A DNA stretch of 64,000 bases, taken from assembly GCA_028698215.1 (NCBI GenBank), contig JAQVDY010000005.1, positions 8,108 through 72,107 of the forward strand, read 5' to 3'. Both the position numbers and the translations under genes were made by a program. Shown here one piece after another: positions 28,671 through 39,902 of this stretch (the first letter of the stretch is position 1; the number at the start of each line of letters is the position of its first letter). The stretch is from Actinomycetota bacterium (GTDB lineage: Bacteria; Actinomycetota; Humimicrobiia; Humimicrobiales; Humimicrobiaceae). The notes under the pieces were generated by a model. It was not told where the DNA came from, did no database searches, and saw only the letters and a list, made by a program, of their open reading frames with translations.

Positions 28671-29516
28671 TTACAGTGCCTCTAAAAAATTTTTAACCTC
28701 TAGTATATGGCTGCGGGGAGTGGAAGCACCTCCAGAAAGCCCTACCTTGCCTACCCCTTTTAGCCATTTCTCCTCTATTTCCTTATAGCTTTGAATATGG
28801 TAGGTATGGGGATTTACTTCTCTGGCCAGCTGGGCTAAATGTGTTGTATTGGCACTGTTTTTTCCACCTATTACTAACATCAGGTCTACGGTTGAGGCTA
28901 GTTTACGGGTTTCATGCTGCCTGCGTTTGGTGGTATTGCAAATAGTGTTAATGATTTTAAGCTCCCTGGCCTTCTCCAATAAAGGGACTACTATAGCTTT
29001 AAGGCATTCCAGGGTTTGGGTGGTTTGAACTATTACTCCAATTTTTTTCCGGGATGGAGGCAGATTGGCTAAATCTTCAGGTTTTTCTGCTATTAATACC
29101 GACGTTTGGTCTATTTGCTCTGCTATGCCTATGACTTCCGGATGATTGCTGGTACCTACCAAAACCACAAAATAGCCTTCAGACTCAAGTTCCCGTATCT
29201 TTTTATGGGCAGTCTTTACAAAGGGACAGGTAGCATCCACAGTAGAAATATTTTTCTTTTCCAGCATATTGGTAGTAGAGGGTGGAAGACCATGGGACCT
29301 GATAATCACAATGCTTTTTTCAGGAATATGGTCAGCACTTTCTACAGAATGAATTCCTTGATCGTCCAGCTCTTTTACTACCTGGGGATTATGAATAATT
29401 TGCCCCACAGTATAGATGTTTTTACCTTTTTTTTGAACAAGTGTCTCTTCGGCTATGGCCAGGGCCCGTTTTACCCCAAAACAATACCCGGCCAATTCTG
29501 CAATTTCAATCTTCAT
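28671..29516 (-). CDS. ispH: 4-hydroxy-3-methylbut-2-enyl diphosphate reductase
   Basis: GYCFGVKRA, HNP, and three conserved Cys (C12, C97-like ATCPFV, NTIC). Confidence 0.9.
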   Translation of the reverse strand: MKIEIAELAGYCFGVKRALAIAEETLVQKKGKNIYTVGQIIHNPQVVKELDDQGIHSVESADHIPEKSIVIIRSHGLPPSTTNMLEKKNISTVDATCPFVKTAHKKIRELESEGYFVVLVGTSNHPEVIGIAEQIDQTSVLIAEKPEDLANLPPSRKKIGVIVQTTQTLECLKAIVVPLLEKARELKIINTICNTTKRRQHETRKLASTVDLMLVIGGKNSANTTHLAQLAREVNPHTYHIQSYKEIEEKWLKGVGKVGLSGGASTPRSHILEVKNFLEAL

Positions 29517-30159
29517 TTAATTCCTTTAATAGGTTTTTAATTGACTCCATAACCTGGTCTACTATAATCTGCATGGCTTTTTTGCGCCCATATTGTTCTT
29601 TTATTTTTTTTACATCTATGATTTCACCGGCCATCAAGGATATACGGGGAAAAAACAGCCTTTTATGGGGCTTCTGGATGATTTTATTAGCACCAGTAAT
29701 AGCAATAGGTATTATGGGAGCATCAGACATTACTGCCAGCAGCCCCACTCCTTTTTTGCCTTCCTTTACAATACCGTCTACCGACCTGGTACCTTCTGGA
29801 AACAGGCCAAGAGCCTGTTGGCTTTCCAGTATCCTTAAAGCAGTTCTAATAGCGCTGGTATCTCCATGGTGCCGGTTTATGGGGAAAGCATTAAAGAAAG
29901 TTACCAGCCGTGATAAAAAACGGTTGCTGAACAGCTCACGCTTAGCCATAAAATAGACATAGCGCTTAATATAGGATCCTATTACTAACGGGTCAACATA
30001 GCTTATATGATTGGAACATATTATTAGCTTTCCCCCCAGGGGTATATTTTCAAAATTATAGGTTTTTACCCTAAACAGAAACCTAAGTAACCAGTTTATG
30101 GCCTGTAGTATTATAATGTAAAAAAATTTGTATATCTTTCCATGGTTAGTTTTTAGCAT
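29506..30159 (-). CDS. plsC: 1-acyl-sn-glycerol-3-phosphate acyltransferase
   Basis: HxxxxD acyltransferase motif NHISYVD and the FPEGTRS motif. Confidence 0.8.
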   Translation of the reverse strand: MLKTNHGKIYKFFYIIILQAINWLLRFLFRVKTYNFENIPLGGKLIICSNHISYVDPLVIGSYIKRYVYFMAKRELFSNRFLSRLVTFFNAFPINRHHGDTSAIRTALRILESQQALGLFPEGTRSVDGIVKEGKKGVGLLAVMSDAPIIPIAITGANKIIQKPHKRLFFPRISLMAGEIIDVKKIKEQYGRKKAMQIIVDQVMESIKNLLKELNED

Positions 30160-30838
30160 TGATCCTGTCTGTATATATGTCTTTTATTTGGTCCACTACT
30201 TCCCTGATAGTCATGCCGGTGGTGTCTATGACGACTCCATCTTCCGGTACTTTAAGCGGGCTGTCTTTACGGGTGCTGTCAATATGGTCCCTGGTTTTAA
30301 TTTCCTGCTCAATTTGTCCTAAATCCGGGTTTTGATTCTTTTTAGATATCTGCAGTGCCCTTCTTCTAATTCTTTCTTTCAGGCTGGCGGTTAAAAATAT
30401 TTTTACCAGAGCCTGGGGACAGACCACGCTCCCTATATCCCTGCCTTCCAGTACTGCCGGATCCTGGGAAGCCATTTCCCTTTGCATCTTTACCAGGTGA
30501 CTTCTTACTGGTGACAGTTTGGATACTATGGATACCGCATTTCCTACTTGGTCGCTTCTTATTGCTTCTGTAACTTCGAAGCCGTCGATGGTTACAGTGG
30601 TATATTTATATTCATCAGAGGCCGAGTTATCAAGGTCTATATGGGATTTTTTAAGCAGCTTCACTATGCCGTCTGCATCATTTAAATCTAGTTGATGGTT
30701 CAAGGCCAGCAAGGTAGCTGCCCTGTACATAGCCCCTGTATCTATATATTTTAATTTTAGTTCCTTGGCCAAAAGCTTGGCTACCGTACTTTTTCCACTG
30801 CCAGCAGGCCCGTCAATAGCTATGATATTATTTCCCAT
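30146..30838 (-). CDS. cmk: Cytidylate kinase
   Basis: IAIDGPAGSGKST P-loop. Collinear with Cmk. Confidence 0.9.
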   Translation of the reverse strand: MGNNIIAIDGPAGSGKSTVAKLLAKELKLKYIDTGAMYRAATLLALNHQLDLNDADGIVKLLKKSHIDLDNSASDEYKYTTVTIDGFEVTEAIRSDQVGNAVSIVSKLSPVRSHLVKMQREMASQDPAVLEGRDIGSVVCPQALVKIFLTASLKERIRRRALQISKKNQNPDLGQIEQEIKTRDHIDSTRKDSPLKVPEDGVVIDTTGMTIREVVDQIKDIYTDRINAKN

Positions 30839-30845
30839 AATTTAT

Positions 30846-32147
30846 TCACCTTGTGTGTTTGTTTAATATTTCAAAAAAATTAGGAAAAGAGGTGCTTACG
30901 CAATCAGCATCATTTATGGTTACTGGACCCGAGGCCAAAAGGGCCAGCACGGATTGGGCCATGGCAATGCGATGGTCGCCAAAACTGGAAAGCTGAGCTG
31001 ATTTCGGCTGTAAACCAGGATTGCCTTCAATAATTAAGCCATCCGGTTGGGGAGCAATATTTATCCCCAGCTTTAAGAATTGGCTGTATAAGGCTGCAAT
31101 ACGGTCACTTTCCTTATGCCTTAACTCCCCTGCCCCTTTTATTATGGTCTTGCCTTCAGCTTTGGCGGCTGCAGCACAGAGAACAGGAATTTCATCAATT
31201 ATATTGGGTATTTGGCCAGGAGGGATTTCTACTGCTTTAAGGGGGCTGGAAAATACTTCCAGGTCAGCTAAAGGCTCATTGTTGACCATCCTTTTATTTT
31301 TAACCCTAATATCTGCACCCATGCTGGATAGTATATTTAAAATATAGCTTCTGGTTTCATTTATGCCTATATTTTTGAGCAGGATATGTGAATCTTTTAA
31401 TATGAGGCAGGCTACTATGAAGTAAGCCGCCGATGAAATATCTGCAGGTATAAACAAATCCCTGCCCAATATTTTTTTACGGGGATTCAGTTCTGATTGC
31501 TGACCGTCATACTGGATATCTGCTCCAAAATATTCCAGCATCCTTTCCGTGTGGTCCCGGGATACTGCCGGCTGGCTTATCCTGGTGTCTCCTTCAGCGC
31601 TGAGGGCAGCTAACAGCAAACAGGATTTTACCTGGGCACTAGCTACCGGTATATTAAGGTGCCCTCCGGCCAGCCTGTCTTTTCCCATTATCACCAAAGG
31701 GGCAAAATGATTGTCAGCCCTGCCATATATGCAGGTCCCCATTTGCTTAAGGGGTATTATAATCCTGTCCATGGGCCGCCGGTTAATAGAGTGGTCCCCA
31801 CTTAAAACAGACATGAAAGGGACCCCGGCCAACAAACCGCTAAGAAGTCTTATGGTGGTGCCGGAATTACCCACATACAATATATCATGGGGCTCAGACA
31901 AACCCTGCAGGCCTTTACCGTGCACTATAACTGACTGGTTCTCAATATTAATTTTTACCCCCAGTTTTTTTAGAACCTCCAGGGTATGCATGCAGTCCTG
32001 GCTGAATAAAAAATTATCAATTCGAACAGTTTGGCTGGTGATGGCTGCCAGGATAGCGCCTCTGTGGGATATAGACTTATCTCCAGGTATATCTATGGTA
32101 CCTTCAATTTTCTGGGCCCTTTTAATTTCCATAATACTATTCCCCAA
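30846..32147 (-). CDS. aroA: 3-phosphoshikimate 1-carboxyvinyltransferase (EPSP synthase)
   Basis: LPGDKSISHRG and the two-domain inside-out alpha/beta architecture. Length 433 aa. Confidence 0.9.
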   Translation of the reverse strand: MGNSIMEIKRAQKIEGTIDIPGDKSISHRGAILAAITSQTVRIDNFLFSQDCMHTLEVLKKLGVKINIENQSVIVHGKGLQGLSEPHDILYVGNSGTTIRLLSGLLAGVPFMSVLSGDHSINRRPMDRIIIPLKQMGTCIYGRADNHFAPLVIMGKDRLAGGHLNIPVASAQVKSCLLLAALSAEGDTRISQPAVSRDHTERMLEYFGADIQYDGQQSELNPRKKILGRDLFIPADISSAAYFIVACLILKDSHILLKNIGINETRSYILNILSSMGADIRVKNKRMVNNEPLADLEVFSSPLKAVEIPPGQIPNIIDEIPVLCAAAAKAEGKTIIKGAGELRHKESDRIAALYSQFLKLGINIAPQPDGLIIEGNPGLQPKSAQLSSFGDHRIAMAQSVLALLASGPVTINDADCVSTSFPNFFEILNKHTR

Positions 32148-33258
32148 TTACTTTCTTAACGCTGGCCTGGTAACCTTGACGGGATATAGCATCTTTAACT
32201 ATATTGCCGGCATCTAAACCTTGTACCAGAACTTTTAGGATACCTCCTCCGGTGTATTCAGTAGAATGAAATATAGAGATATCTTCAATATTGATGCCGC
32301 TGGAGCTTATAGCCAGGGTAATATCACTTAAAACCCCAGGAGTATCGGTCATGGCAATTCTTACTTCATAGAGGTTAGATATATCTTTTTCCACATATTT
32401 AGGCAGGTTCATTCTGGCTTCTTTAGCTTTCAAGTAATGATCTCGGATATAGTCAGAATCCTTGGCAGCCAGGCTTTGCTTAAAATTTACTAAATATTTT
32501 ATGTACCCATCTATTACATTAATTATTTCTTCCTTGTTTTCCAAAGTGATATCTACCCACATTTTGGGATTGGAAGCCGCAATCCTGGTCATATCCCTAA
32601 AGCCGCCTGCACATAATTTAAACAAGTTCTTTAGCTTTTTTTGCTCATCATCTATAAAATCCACCAGGTTTGCGGAAAGCACATGAGGCATATGGCTGAT
32701 TAGGGCTACAATCTGGTCATGTTCATGGGGAGAGATAGTTATTACTTTGGAGCCCATACGGGTAAATAGTGAATGCAGGGTCAAAAGAGGCTGGGTAGAA
32801 GTTTTATCAGTAGGAGTCAGGACATAGAAAGCGTTTCTAAAAAGTTCCGGTGTGGCACTGAGAACTCCTTCATTTTCCGAACCTGCCATGGGGTGGCCTC
32901 CTATAAATACCACCCCTTCCGGCAATATTTTTTCCATTTGTTCCACTATCTTTTTTTTGGCACTGCCTACATCGGTAACTATCGCTCCCGGCTTAAGATG
33001 GTCCTTTATCTGGCTGGCCACTTTTGTAATTTTGCTAATAGGCGTAGCAATTATAATCAAATCCGCATCCCCTACTGCATCTTCGATGCGGCTGGATATT
33101 TCATCAATGATATTTCTATATTTTGCTATGTTCATGGAATCCAGGCTGGCATCAAAACCCTTTATCTTAAAATCGTTATTTAAATTTTTTAAAGACAAGG
33201 CCAGTGATCCACCGATAAGGCCCAGCCCAATTACGCATATATTTTTTATGTCTTTCAT
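32137..33258 (-). CDS. tyrA: Prephenate dehydrogenase with C-terminal ACT domain
   Basis: Rossmann ICVIGLGLIGGSLA, the catalytic His region SHMPH, and an ACT-like C-terminal domain. Confidence 0.85.
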   Translation of the reverse strand: MKDIKNICVIGLGLIGGSLALSLKNLNNDFKIKGFDASLDSMNIAKYRNIIDEISSRIEDAVGDADLIIIATPISKITKVASQIKDHLKPGAIVTDVGSAKKKIVEQMEKILPEGVVFIGGHPMAGSENEGVLSATPELFRNAFYVLTPTDKTSTQPLLTLHSLFTRMGSKVITISPHEHDQIVALISHMPHVLSANLVDFIDDEQKKLKNLFKLCAGGFRDMTRIAASNPKMWVDITLENKEEIINVIDGYIKYLVNFKQSLAAKDSDYIRDHYLKAKEARMNLPKYVEKDISNLYEVRIAMTDTPGVLSDITLAISSSGINIEDISIFHSTEYTGGGILKVLVQGLDAGNIVKDAISRQGYQASVKKVIGE

Positions 33259-33351
33259 GATGTCCTTTTGACTTTTGAATAGTATTTACATAATAGATAG
33301 AATATTATACTTTTTAACCTTAAAAAAATAAACACATTACCAAAATATATA

Positions 33352-33558
33352 TTGACAAAGAACATTTATTCTGATAATTTATAATTATTCTTAACGCAGG
33401 AGGCAACCTCTAAGAGAAGCTTGTTATTTTGACTGAAAAGAAAAAATACGAGTTAAAATCTTGGAGAGTCCCTAAGAAAAGCTTTAAGAGGGGCCCCGAG
33501 GTGTTTAGTAGCCTAAGGCTTTTAGCTAAGGCCAAAGATAACTCGGGGTTTTTATTTG
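33352..33558 (+). ncRNA. Candidate small RNA transcription unit (promoter plus strong terminator, no credible ORF)
   Basis: TTGACA (33352-33357), a 16-nt spacer, then ATAATT. Terminator CCCCGAG (33494-33500) ... CTCGGGG (33542-33548) followed by TTTTTATTT. The only ORF starts with TTG 25 nt after the AGGAGG and runs through the terminator into the convergent gene. Confidence 0.35.
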
Positions 33559-35618
33559 CCCAGAATCTGTGTCATCATTTCATCTACATTTCTAGTGGGA
33601 AATTTACAATCAAAATCACTGCACACATAGGCAGTAGCTTGATTTTGAAAACAATTGTAACTCTCGGTAAAACCGGTTAATTTGTCCAATTCAGCATTAT
33701 CCTGCGAGCAAGGTTTAAATATCAGGTTGACCTCAGGTAAATATTTCCGGTTTAACTGTCCCAGCAGTTCCCTGCTGTCTGGAGCATGATTTTGTCCGCA
33801 AATAATCACTTCCCTGGTTTCATAGTGCAGCAGAAAATAAGAATAAAGCATGAAGGTATAATATTGCGGATTTTGTTTTATGCTATATGAAAAAGACTCC
33901 AGTATTTTTTCCGCCAGCTGGGTTAATTTAGGATTATTAGTTAACTTAGACAGCCTTACCAGGTTCATCAAGCTAACCGAATTACCAGAAGGCAGCGATA
34001 CATCGCTGGCCTCTTTTTGCCTATAAATAACTGCCTCAGTATTAGAAGGGGTATAATATAAACCGCCCTGGCCCGAATCCAAAAATAGATTTAAGGTTTT
34101 TTGGTTTAATTGAATAGCAGCTTTTAGGTATCTGAGGTTAAAAGTGGCCTGATATAGCTCCAGCAGTCCCCACACTAAATAGGAATAATCATCAATTGTG
34201 GATGGAGCAGAAGACAAGCCATCATGCCAGCAGTGGTAAAGACCTTCTTCGGTCAGCATATGGTCCAAAATAAAATCTGCCCCCTTTTTAGCTGCTTCTA
34301 TATACAGCGGCCTTTCCAGCACCCTGCCCCCCTTGGCCAAGGCAGCCACCATAAGGCCATTCCAGTCAGCCAATATTTTCTGGTCTATGCAGGGATGAGG
34401 CCTTTTTTTCCGGGCAGAAAATAGTTTTCTAATAATGTCGGTAATCATATCTTCCAGCTGTTGAGGGTAAACCTTTAGCTTTTCAGCCAATTGACTCTTG
34501 CCCTGGCTAATATGAAGTATACCGGGCTCGCCCTTGTCATCCTTACAATCAATATTAAACACTGCTGCAGCTACTGAAGCCAACTCAGCACCCAAAGCCT
34601 TCTCCAGCTGTTGATAGCTCCAAAGATAGTAAATACCCTCCTCCCCCTGGCTGTCAGCATCAATTGATGAAAAAAACCCGCCCTTGTCGCTGGTTAAATC
34701 ACTCAATACGAAACTGAATATATCTTTGGCAGTAAGAGCGTAAGATTGGTTTCCTGTAACTAAAAAAGCGTCCAGATAAACAATGGACAGCAGGGCCTGA
34801 TCGTATAACATCTTTTCAAAATGGGGCGTTAGCCACTGCTGGTCTGTAGAGTAACGATGAAAGCCATACCCTACATGATCCCATATTCCCCCATTTCTCA
34901 TATTATCAAGGGTATTAGTAACCATGCCTATGGCAGGCTGGTACTGGTGTTTGGTGCCATACCTTAGCAAAAAAATTAAATTAGAAACCTGGGGGAATTT
35001 AGGATGTATGCCAAATCCTCCGTTCTGTTTATCAAACCAGTTTTCAAGCTGTTGTAAGGCATCTTTAAAAATATATTCATCCAGGCTGGCCTTATTCTCA
35101 TATTTTGAGGCTTTTTGGAGGGCCTGTGTTATCTTGCCCGCCGATTTTTCAATTTCATCCCTTTTGCTTTCCCAAATTTGACTGATTTGGGGCAGTAATT
35201 TTAACAGGCCTACCCTTCCGTAACGGTCATGTTTGGGTATATAGGTAGCAGCAAAGAAAGGTTTACCTTCAGGAGTCATTACTACAGTCAGGGGCCAGCC
35301 TGAGCTGTCAGAAAGAATCTGGGCCACTGCCATATAGGTTTTGTCTATATCCGGCCTTTCTTCCCGGTCAACCTTTATGCTTATGTAGCTTTCATTTAGC
35401 AGCTGGGCTACCTGCTCATCTTCAAAACTTTCTTTTTCCATTACATGGCACCAATGGCAGGCGGAATAGCCAATGGATAAAAAAATGGGCTTATCTTGCT
35501 TGCGGGCAGCCTTAAAAGCTTTATCCCCCCAAGGATACCAACGCACGGGATTGGAGGCATGTTGAACCAAATAAGGACTTTTTTCATTTGCTAAAAAATT
35601 AGATTTATGTTTAGACAT
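33552..35618 (-). CDS. Thioredoxin-domain protein (DUF255/YyaL-like, with alpha/alpha-toroid C-terminal domain)
   Basis: N-terminal thioredoxin-like region with CHWCH. The long C-terminal domain resembles N-acylglucosamine-epimerase-like six-hairpin folds. Confidence 0.7.
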   Translation of the reverse strand: MSKHKSNFLANEKSPYLVQHASNPVRWYPWGDKAFKAARKQDKPIFLSIGYSACHWCHVMEKESFEDEQVAQLLNESYISIKVDREERPDIDKTYMAVAQILSDSSGWPLTVVMTPEGKPFFAATYIPKHDRYGRVGLLKLLPQISQIWESKRDEIEKSAGKITQALQKASKYENKASLDEYIFKDALQQLENWFDKQNGGFGIHPKFPQVSNLIFLLRYGTKHQYQPAIGMVTNTLDNMRNGGIWDHVGYGFHRYSTDQQWLTPHFEKMLYDQALLSIVYLDAFLVTGNQSYALTAKDIFSFVLSDLTSDKGGFFSSIDADSQGEEGIYYLWSYQQLEKALGAELASVAAAVFNIDCKDDKGEPGILHISQGKSQLAEKLKVYPQQLEDMITDIIRKLFSARKKRPHPCIDQKILADWNGLMVAALAKGGRVLERPLYIEAAKKGADFILDHMLTEEGLYHCWHDGLSSAPSTIDDYSYLVWGLLELYQATFNLRYLKAAIQLNQKTLNLFLDSGQGGLYYTPSNTEAVIYRQKEASDVSLPSGNSVSLMNLVRLSKLTNNPKLTQLAEKILESFSYSIKQNPQYYTFMLYSYFLLHYETREVIICGQNHAPDSRELLGQLNRKYLPEVNLIFKPCSQDNAELDKLTGFTESYNCFQNQATAYVCSDFDCKFPTRNVDEMMTQILGK

Positions 35619-35632
35619 TTTAAACCTGCCTG

Positions 35633-37597
35633 TTAACCATTATATTTTAATAATCTTGCATTTATAGCTACAATTATGGTACTTAGGGACATAAGTGCTG
35701 CCCCTACTGCCGGATTTAACAATATGCCTACGGGATAAAGGATACCGGCAGCCAGCGGAATAGCAAAAATATTGTAACCGGTTGCCCAACCCAAATTTTG
35801 CAGCATTTTCCGGTAGGTGGCTTTAGATAGACCGATTAAATCCACAATATCCTGGGGATTACTTCGAACCAGTATTATATCGGCGGTTTCAATAGCTATG
35901 TCAGTGCCTGCTCCTATAGCTATGCCTATGTCTGCTTCAGCCAATGCCGGGGCATCATTTACCCCATCACCAGTCATGGCCACGGTAAAGCCCCTTGATT
36001 TAACTTCCGCTATTTTATCTGCTTTCTCTTCAGGCAATACTTCTGCAAAAAATTCATCAATACCCAACTGGCCCGCTACCCATTGAGCTACTTTTTTCTG
36101 GTCACCGGTAAGCATCATGGATTTGATATTCATTTTTTTTAGCTGCTCTATGGCTGGTTTTGATTCATCCCTGACTATATCGGCTAAAGCTATAGCTCCT
36201 GAAAGCTTATCATCAACCAGTACAAATACAATAGTCTTGCCTTCCCCGCTTAACTGGTCCAGCTTTTCATTGTTTACTTTAATATGGTTTTCCCTCAGGT
36301 ACCCGGAGCTGACGATTTTTACCTGTTTGGACCCAATCTCTGCCTGCACCCCCTTACCGGTTATAGATTTAAAGCTGGTAATTTCTAATTTTTCATCAAC
36401 AGATTGTGCTATGGCCCGGGCAATGGGATGCTCGGATTCCAATTCCACGGAAGCGGCATACTGTAATATCTGTTTAGCCTCATATTCAGGGTTTAGCGAA
36501 ATATAATTAGTTACCCCAAATTTGCCTTTGGTAAGGGTTCCAGTTTTATCAAAAATTACAGCATCAATCTTTCTGGCTGCCTCAAAAGCAGTGCGGTCCC
36601 TTATAATAAAGCCATGGCGGGCGGAAAGCACGGTAGAAACAGCTACCACCAGAGGAATAGCCAAACCCAGGGCATGAGGGCAGGTTATAACCATAACTGT
36701 TACCGACCTTTCCAGGGAAAAAGCAAAATCTCTGCCCATAGCTACCAGCCAAATCAACAAGGTTATGGTTCCAGCAGCAATAGCAGCCAGAGTTAACCAT
36801 TGTGCAGCCCGGTTAGCCAAATCCTGTGTCCTGGATTTATTTTGCTGTGCCTGCTTTACCCTATCAATAATAAGTGATAAAAATGATTCCTTTCCTGTTT
36901 TAGCTATACTTATCTTAAGGGAACCTTCACCGTTTATAGATCCTCCTATAACCTGGTCCTGTTTATCCTTTTTTACCGGATTGGATTCTCCAGTAAGCAT
37001 GGATTCGTCAACCGTAGATTGGCCATCCAATACAATCCCATCTGCAGGTATCTTCTCCCCTGGCCTAACCAGCAGGATATCACCCTTGCCTATTTGTTCC
37101 AGGCTTACCTCCTCTACCTGCCCTTGGGAATTTATGCGATGGGCTTGTGTAGGCATTAACTGGGCCAGCTGTTCCAAAGCCCTGGATGCTCCCATCACCG
37201 ATTTCATCTCGATCCAGTGACCCAGCAGCATAATATCTATTAGCGTAGCCAACTCCCAAAAAAACATTTTGCCTTCTATGCCCAGTACTACTGCTGCACT
37301 GTAAACAAAAGCTACAGTTATAGCCAACCCTATTAAAGTCATCATGCCCGGCTGACGCTGCCGCAATTCTAAGAACAAACCCTTTAGGAAGGGCCACCCT
37401 CCATAAAAAAAGATAAAAGTACTCAAAGCCAAGAGAAAATATTGGTCATAGGGAAAACCAATTCTGCCTTCTATTCGGAGTAGCCTCTGGATTATAGGGG
37501 ATAATAGAAGTATAGGTACCGTAACTATAATCGATACCAAAAACCTTTTTTTAAACTCATGTACCATATGGTTATGATGTGAATGGTTTTCTTTCAT
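35633..37597 (-). CDS. Heavy-metal P1B-type ATPase, CopB-like (His-rich N-terminus, CPH motif)
   Basis: N-terminal [14 protein letters not shown] ([10 protein letters not shown]), DKTGTLT phosphorylation site, [12 protein letters not shown] hinge. Confidence 0.8.
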   Translation of the reverse strand: MKENHSHHNHMVHEFKKRFLVSIIVTVPILLLSPIIQRLLRIEGRIGFPYDQYFLLALSTFIFFYGGWPFLKGLFLELRQRQPGMMTLIGLAITVAFVYSAAVVLGIEGKMFFWELATLIDIMLLGHWIEMKSVMGASRALEQLAQLMPTQAHRINSQGQVEEVSLEQIGKGDILLVRPGEKIPADGIVLDGQSTVDESMLTGESNPVKKDKQDQVIGGSINGEGSLKISIAKTGKESFLSLIIDRVKQAQQNKSRTQDLANRAAQWLTLAAIAAGTITLLIWLVAMGRDFAFSLERSVTVMVITCPHALGLAIPLVVAVSTVLSARHGFIIRDRTAFEAARKIDAVIFDKTGTLTKGKFGVTNYISLNPEYEAKQILQYAASVELESEHPIARAIAQSVDEKLEITSFKSITGKGVQAEIGSKQVKIVSSGYLRENHIKVNNEKLDQLSGEGKTIVFVLVDDKLSGAIALADIVRDESKPAIEQLKKMNIKSMMLTGDQKKVAQWVAGQLGIDEFFAEVLPEEKADKIAEVKSRGFTVAMTGDGVNDAPALAEADIGIAIGAGTDIAIETADIILVRSNPQDIVDLIGLSKATYRKMLQNLGWATGYNIFAIPLAAGILYPVGILLNPAVGAALMSLSTIIVAINARLLKYNG

Positions 37598-37668
37598 GCC
37601 ATCCCTTTTAAAACCATAATAATTAATATTATAATATATAATTATATTAATTTTGGGGAGGCTGTAAA

Positions 37669-39012
37669 ATTTACCCCTTAAGGCATAGGTCAGTCAAAGA
37701 AGCAAACCCTGGTTCCGGCCCGGTAGCCTACTGGATGAGCAGAGACCAGAGGGTGCAGGATAACTGGGCTCTCCTGTTTGCCCAGGAGTTGGCACTTAAG
37801 GCAGCAAAACCCCTGATAGTATTTTTTTTCTTGGACTATAGTTTTTTAGAAGCATTGCCAAAACATTATTGTTTTATGCTGGAAGGGCTGAAACAGGTCC
37901 AAAAGAACTTAGCGGCAAAAAATATATCTTTTCATATAGTCGAAAATCCACTGCATCAGGTAAAAACTTTTCTTAACCACTATAATATCACAGCCCTGGT
38001 AACCGATTTTGATCCTCTCAAACCTAAAAGAAATTGGCTGCAGCAAGTATCTTCAGCGGTTAAGACCCCGGTATTTGAAGTTGATGCCCACAACCTGGTA
38101 CCCTGCTGGCTGGCTTCAGGCAAGCAAGAGTATGCTGCCTATACTTTAAGGCCAAAACTTAACCGGTTAAAGGACCGGTATCTAAATAAATTTCCACCCT
38201 TAAAGAAACAGCCATCCCTATTTCCAGATTCCTACCACGACCCTGGCTGGGATAGTATTTATAAAAAATTAAAAATAACTAAAAACATGCTCGACAAGTT
38301 CAGGGTAAGCCCTGGAGAAAGGAAAGCTTTTAAAACCCTGGAATATTTCCTGGAAAACAAATTAGAAGATTACAGCCAAAATAGAAATGATCCCAGCCTT
38401 GATGCTACTTCCGATCTCTCCCCTTATCTGCATTTTGGCCAAATATCTGCCCAAAGGATAGTGCAGGAAACATTAAAATTTAAACCGGGCATTTCACGTG
38501 ATTCATTTTTAGAGGAACTTATAGTACGCAGGGAACTAGCTGATAATTTCTGTTATTACAACCCTAACTATAATAGGTTTAAAGGGTTTCCAAAATGGTC
38601 TCAGCAGACCTTGCTGGAACATCAGAAAGACCACCGCAGCTATATTTACAGCCTGAAACAGCTGGAGGAAGCTCAAACCCATGATATTATATGGAATGCA
38701 GCTCAGACCGAAATGCTTCTAACCGGACGCATGCATGGCTACCTCAGGATGTACTGGGCTAAACAGATACTGCAGTGGACCCCAGACCCTGCACTAGCTT
38801 TGGAATATGCCCTTTACCTAAACAACCATTATATGCTGGATGGCCGCGACCCCAATGGTTATACTGGAGTTGCTTGGAGCATAGGAGGGGTGCATGACCG
38901 GGCCTGGAACCAGAGAGAGGTCCTGGGTAAAATAAGGTATATGTCCGCAGGGGGACTAAAAAGAAAATTTGACATTGAAGCATATTTAAAAAAAATCCAA
39001 AATTTAACCTAA
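37669..39012 (+). CDS. Class II CPD photolyase, likely initiating at a non-canonical ATT codon (tool ORF starts at ATG 37735)
   Basis: The protein matches class II photolyase throughout ([14 protein letters not shown]..., C-terminal FAD domain [25 protein letters not shown]). The 66 nt upstream of the ATG are in frame and encode ...[10 protein letters not shown], matching the conserved N-terminus recalled for Methanosarcina photolyase ([14 protein letters not shown]). An in-frame ATT at 37669 lies 7 nt after SD GGGGAGG (37655-37661). No ATG, GTG or TTG lies between the TAA at 37648 and 37735. Confidence 0.8.
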   Translation: MYPLRHRSVKEANPGSGPVAYWMSRDQRVQDNWALLFAQELALKAAKPLIVFFFLDYSFLEALPKHYCFMLEGLKQVQKNLAAKNISFHIVENPLHQVKTFLNHYNITALVTDFDPLKPKRNWLQQVSSAVKTPVFEVDAHNLVPCWLASGKQEYAAYTLRPKLNRLKDRYLNKFPPLKKQPSLFPDSYHDPGWDSIYKKLKITKNMLDKFRVSPGERKAFKTLEYFLENKLEDYSQNRNDPSLDATSDLSPYLHFGQISAQRIVQETLKFKPGISRDSFLEELIVRRELADNFCYYNPNYNRFKGFPKWSQQTLLEHQKDHRSYIYSLKQLEEAQTHDIIWNAAQTEMLLTGRMHGYLRMYWAKQILQWTPDPALALEYALYLNNHYMLDGRDPNGYTGVAWSIGGVHDRAWNQREVLGKIRYMSAGGLKRKFDIEAYLKKIQNLT

Positions 39013-39086
39013 AGAGTTAACTTAAATATTGGAATATCATATTAACAGGTCTATAATCATAGTTGTAATCATCTAATCTAAGCAAT

Positions 39087-39902
39087 ATGAGAAGGCCTTA
39101 TTCCAGGGATTTAATTAAGTTAAGCAAACTGATTTCCCTCAGAGGCAGAAAAACACTAATTACGGGGGCTGGATCGGGAATCGGAAGGGCTATTGCCAAA
39201 AGATTTGCTGAAGCCGGTTCAGACCTGATGCTTTTAGATATTGATCAACCAGGCTTAAGCCAGACCAGGGAAATCTTAAATCATTTTACCTGCCTCAAAC
39301 ACCTTTACACCATAGATTTAACCAGCAAAAAAGATATAGACAGCTACTGGGAAAGCCTGGGCACTGAATTACCGGATATCCTAATAAATAATGTTGGGAT
39401 CTACCCTTTTAAGGATTTCCTGGAGATGGAGCCGGATTACCTGCAACAGATTATGGATATAAATTTAAACTCTGCCATATGGATGTGCCAGAAATTTATA
39501 AAAAGCAGAATGAACAGGGGCGGCATAATTATAAATACCTCATCCATAGAAGCTCTCCTGCCCTTTAAAGAGCATCTGGCCCACTATAGTATAACCAAGC
39601 TGGGTATCATAGGCCTAACCAGGTCATTGGCCAGAGACTATGGGAAAATGGGATTCAGGATAAATGTTGTGCTTCCAGGGGCAATAAAAACCAAAGGTAC
39701 GGATAACCTGGTAAAATATGCTTTAAAAAAATTCAAATGGGGTTGGATTAAGACCGGCTATGATTTTCAATCCAGACTGGCATTAGGCCGCTGGGGCTAT
39801 CCGGATGAAGTGGCCAAGGTAGTCTTGTTTCTGGCTAGCGATATGGCCAGCTATATACAGGGAGTTATGCTGCCGGTAGATGGAGGTTTTTTATCTTCCT
39901 AA
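39087..39902 (+). CDS. Short-chain dehydrogenase/reductase (SDR) family oxidoreductase
   Basis: TLITGAGSGIGRA (TGxxxGxG), NNVG, and catalytic YxxxK (YSITKLG). Confidence 0.8.
   Translation: MRRPYSRDLIKLSKLISLRGRKTLITGAGSGIGRAIAKRFAEAGSDLMLLDIDQPGLSQTREILNHFTCLKHLYTIDLTSKKDIDSYWESLGTELPDILINNVGIYPFKDFLEMEPDYLQQIMDINLNSAIWMCQKFIKSRMNRGGIIINTSSIEALLPFKEHLAHYSITKLGIIGLTRSLARDYGKMGFRINVVLPGAIKTKGTDNLVKYALKKFKWGWIKTGYDFQSRLALGRWGYPDEVAKVVLFLASDMASYIQGVMLPVDGGFLSS

Noticed and set aside
33429-33680. 83-aa TTG-initiated ORF (MTEKKKYELKSW...)
   Set aside because: Its start lies 25 nt from the nearest SD. It runs through a strong terminator hairpin and into the convergent thioredoxin-domain gene. It is better explained as part of a non-coding transcript.
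36582-36800. 72-aa Cys/Gly/Tyr-rich ORF and its plus-strand partner inside copB
   Set aside because: They are embedded in the conserved P-type ATPase CDS and are compositional artefacts of the opposite-strand codons.
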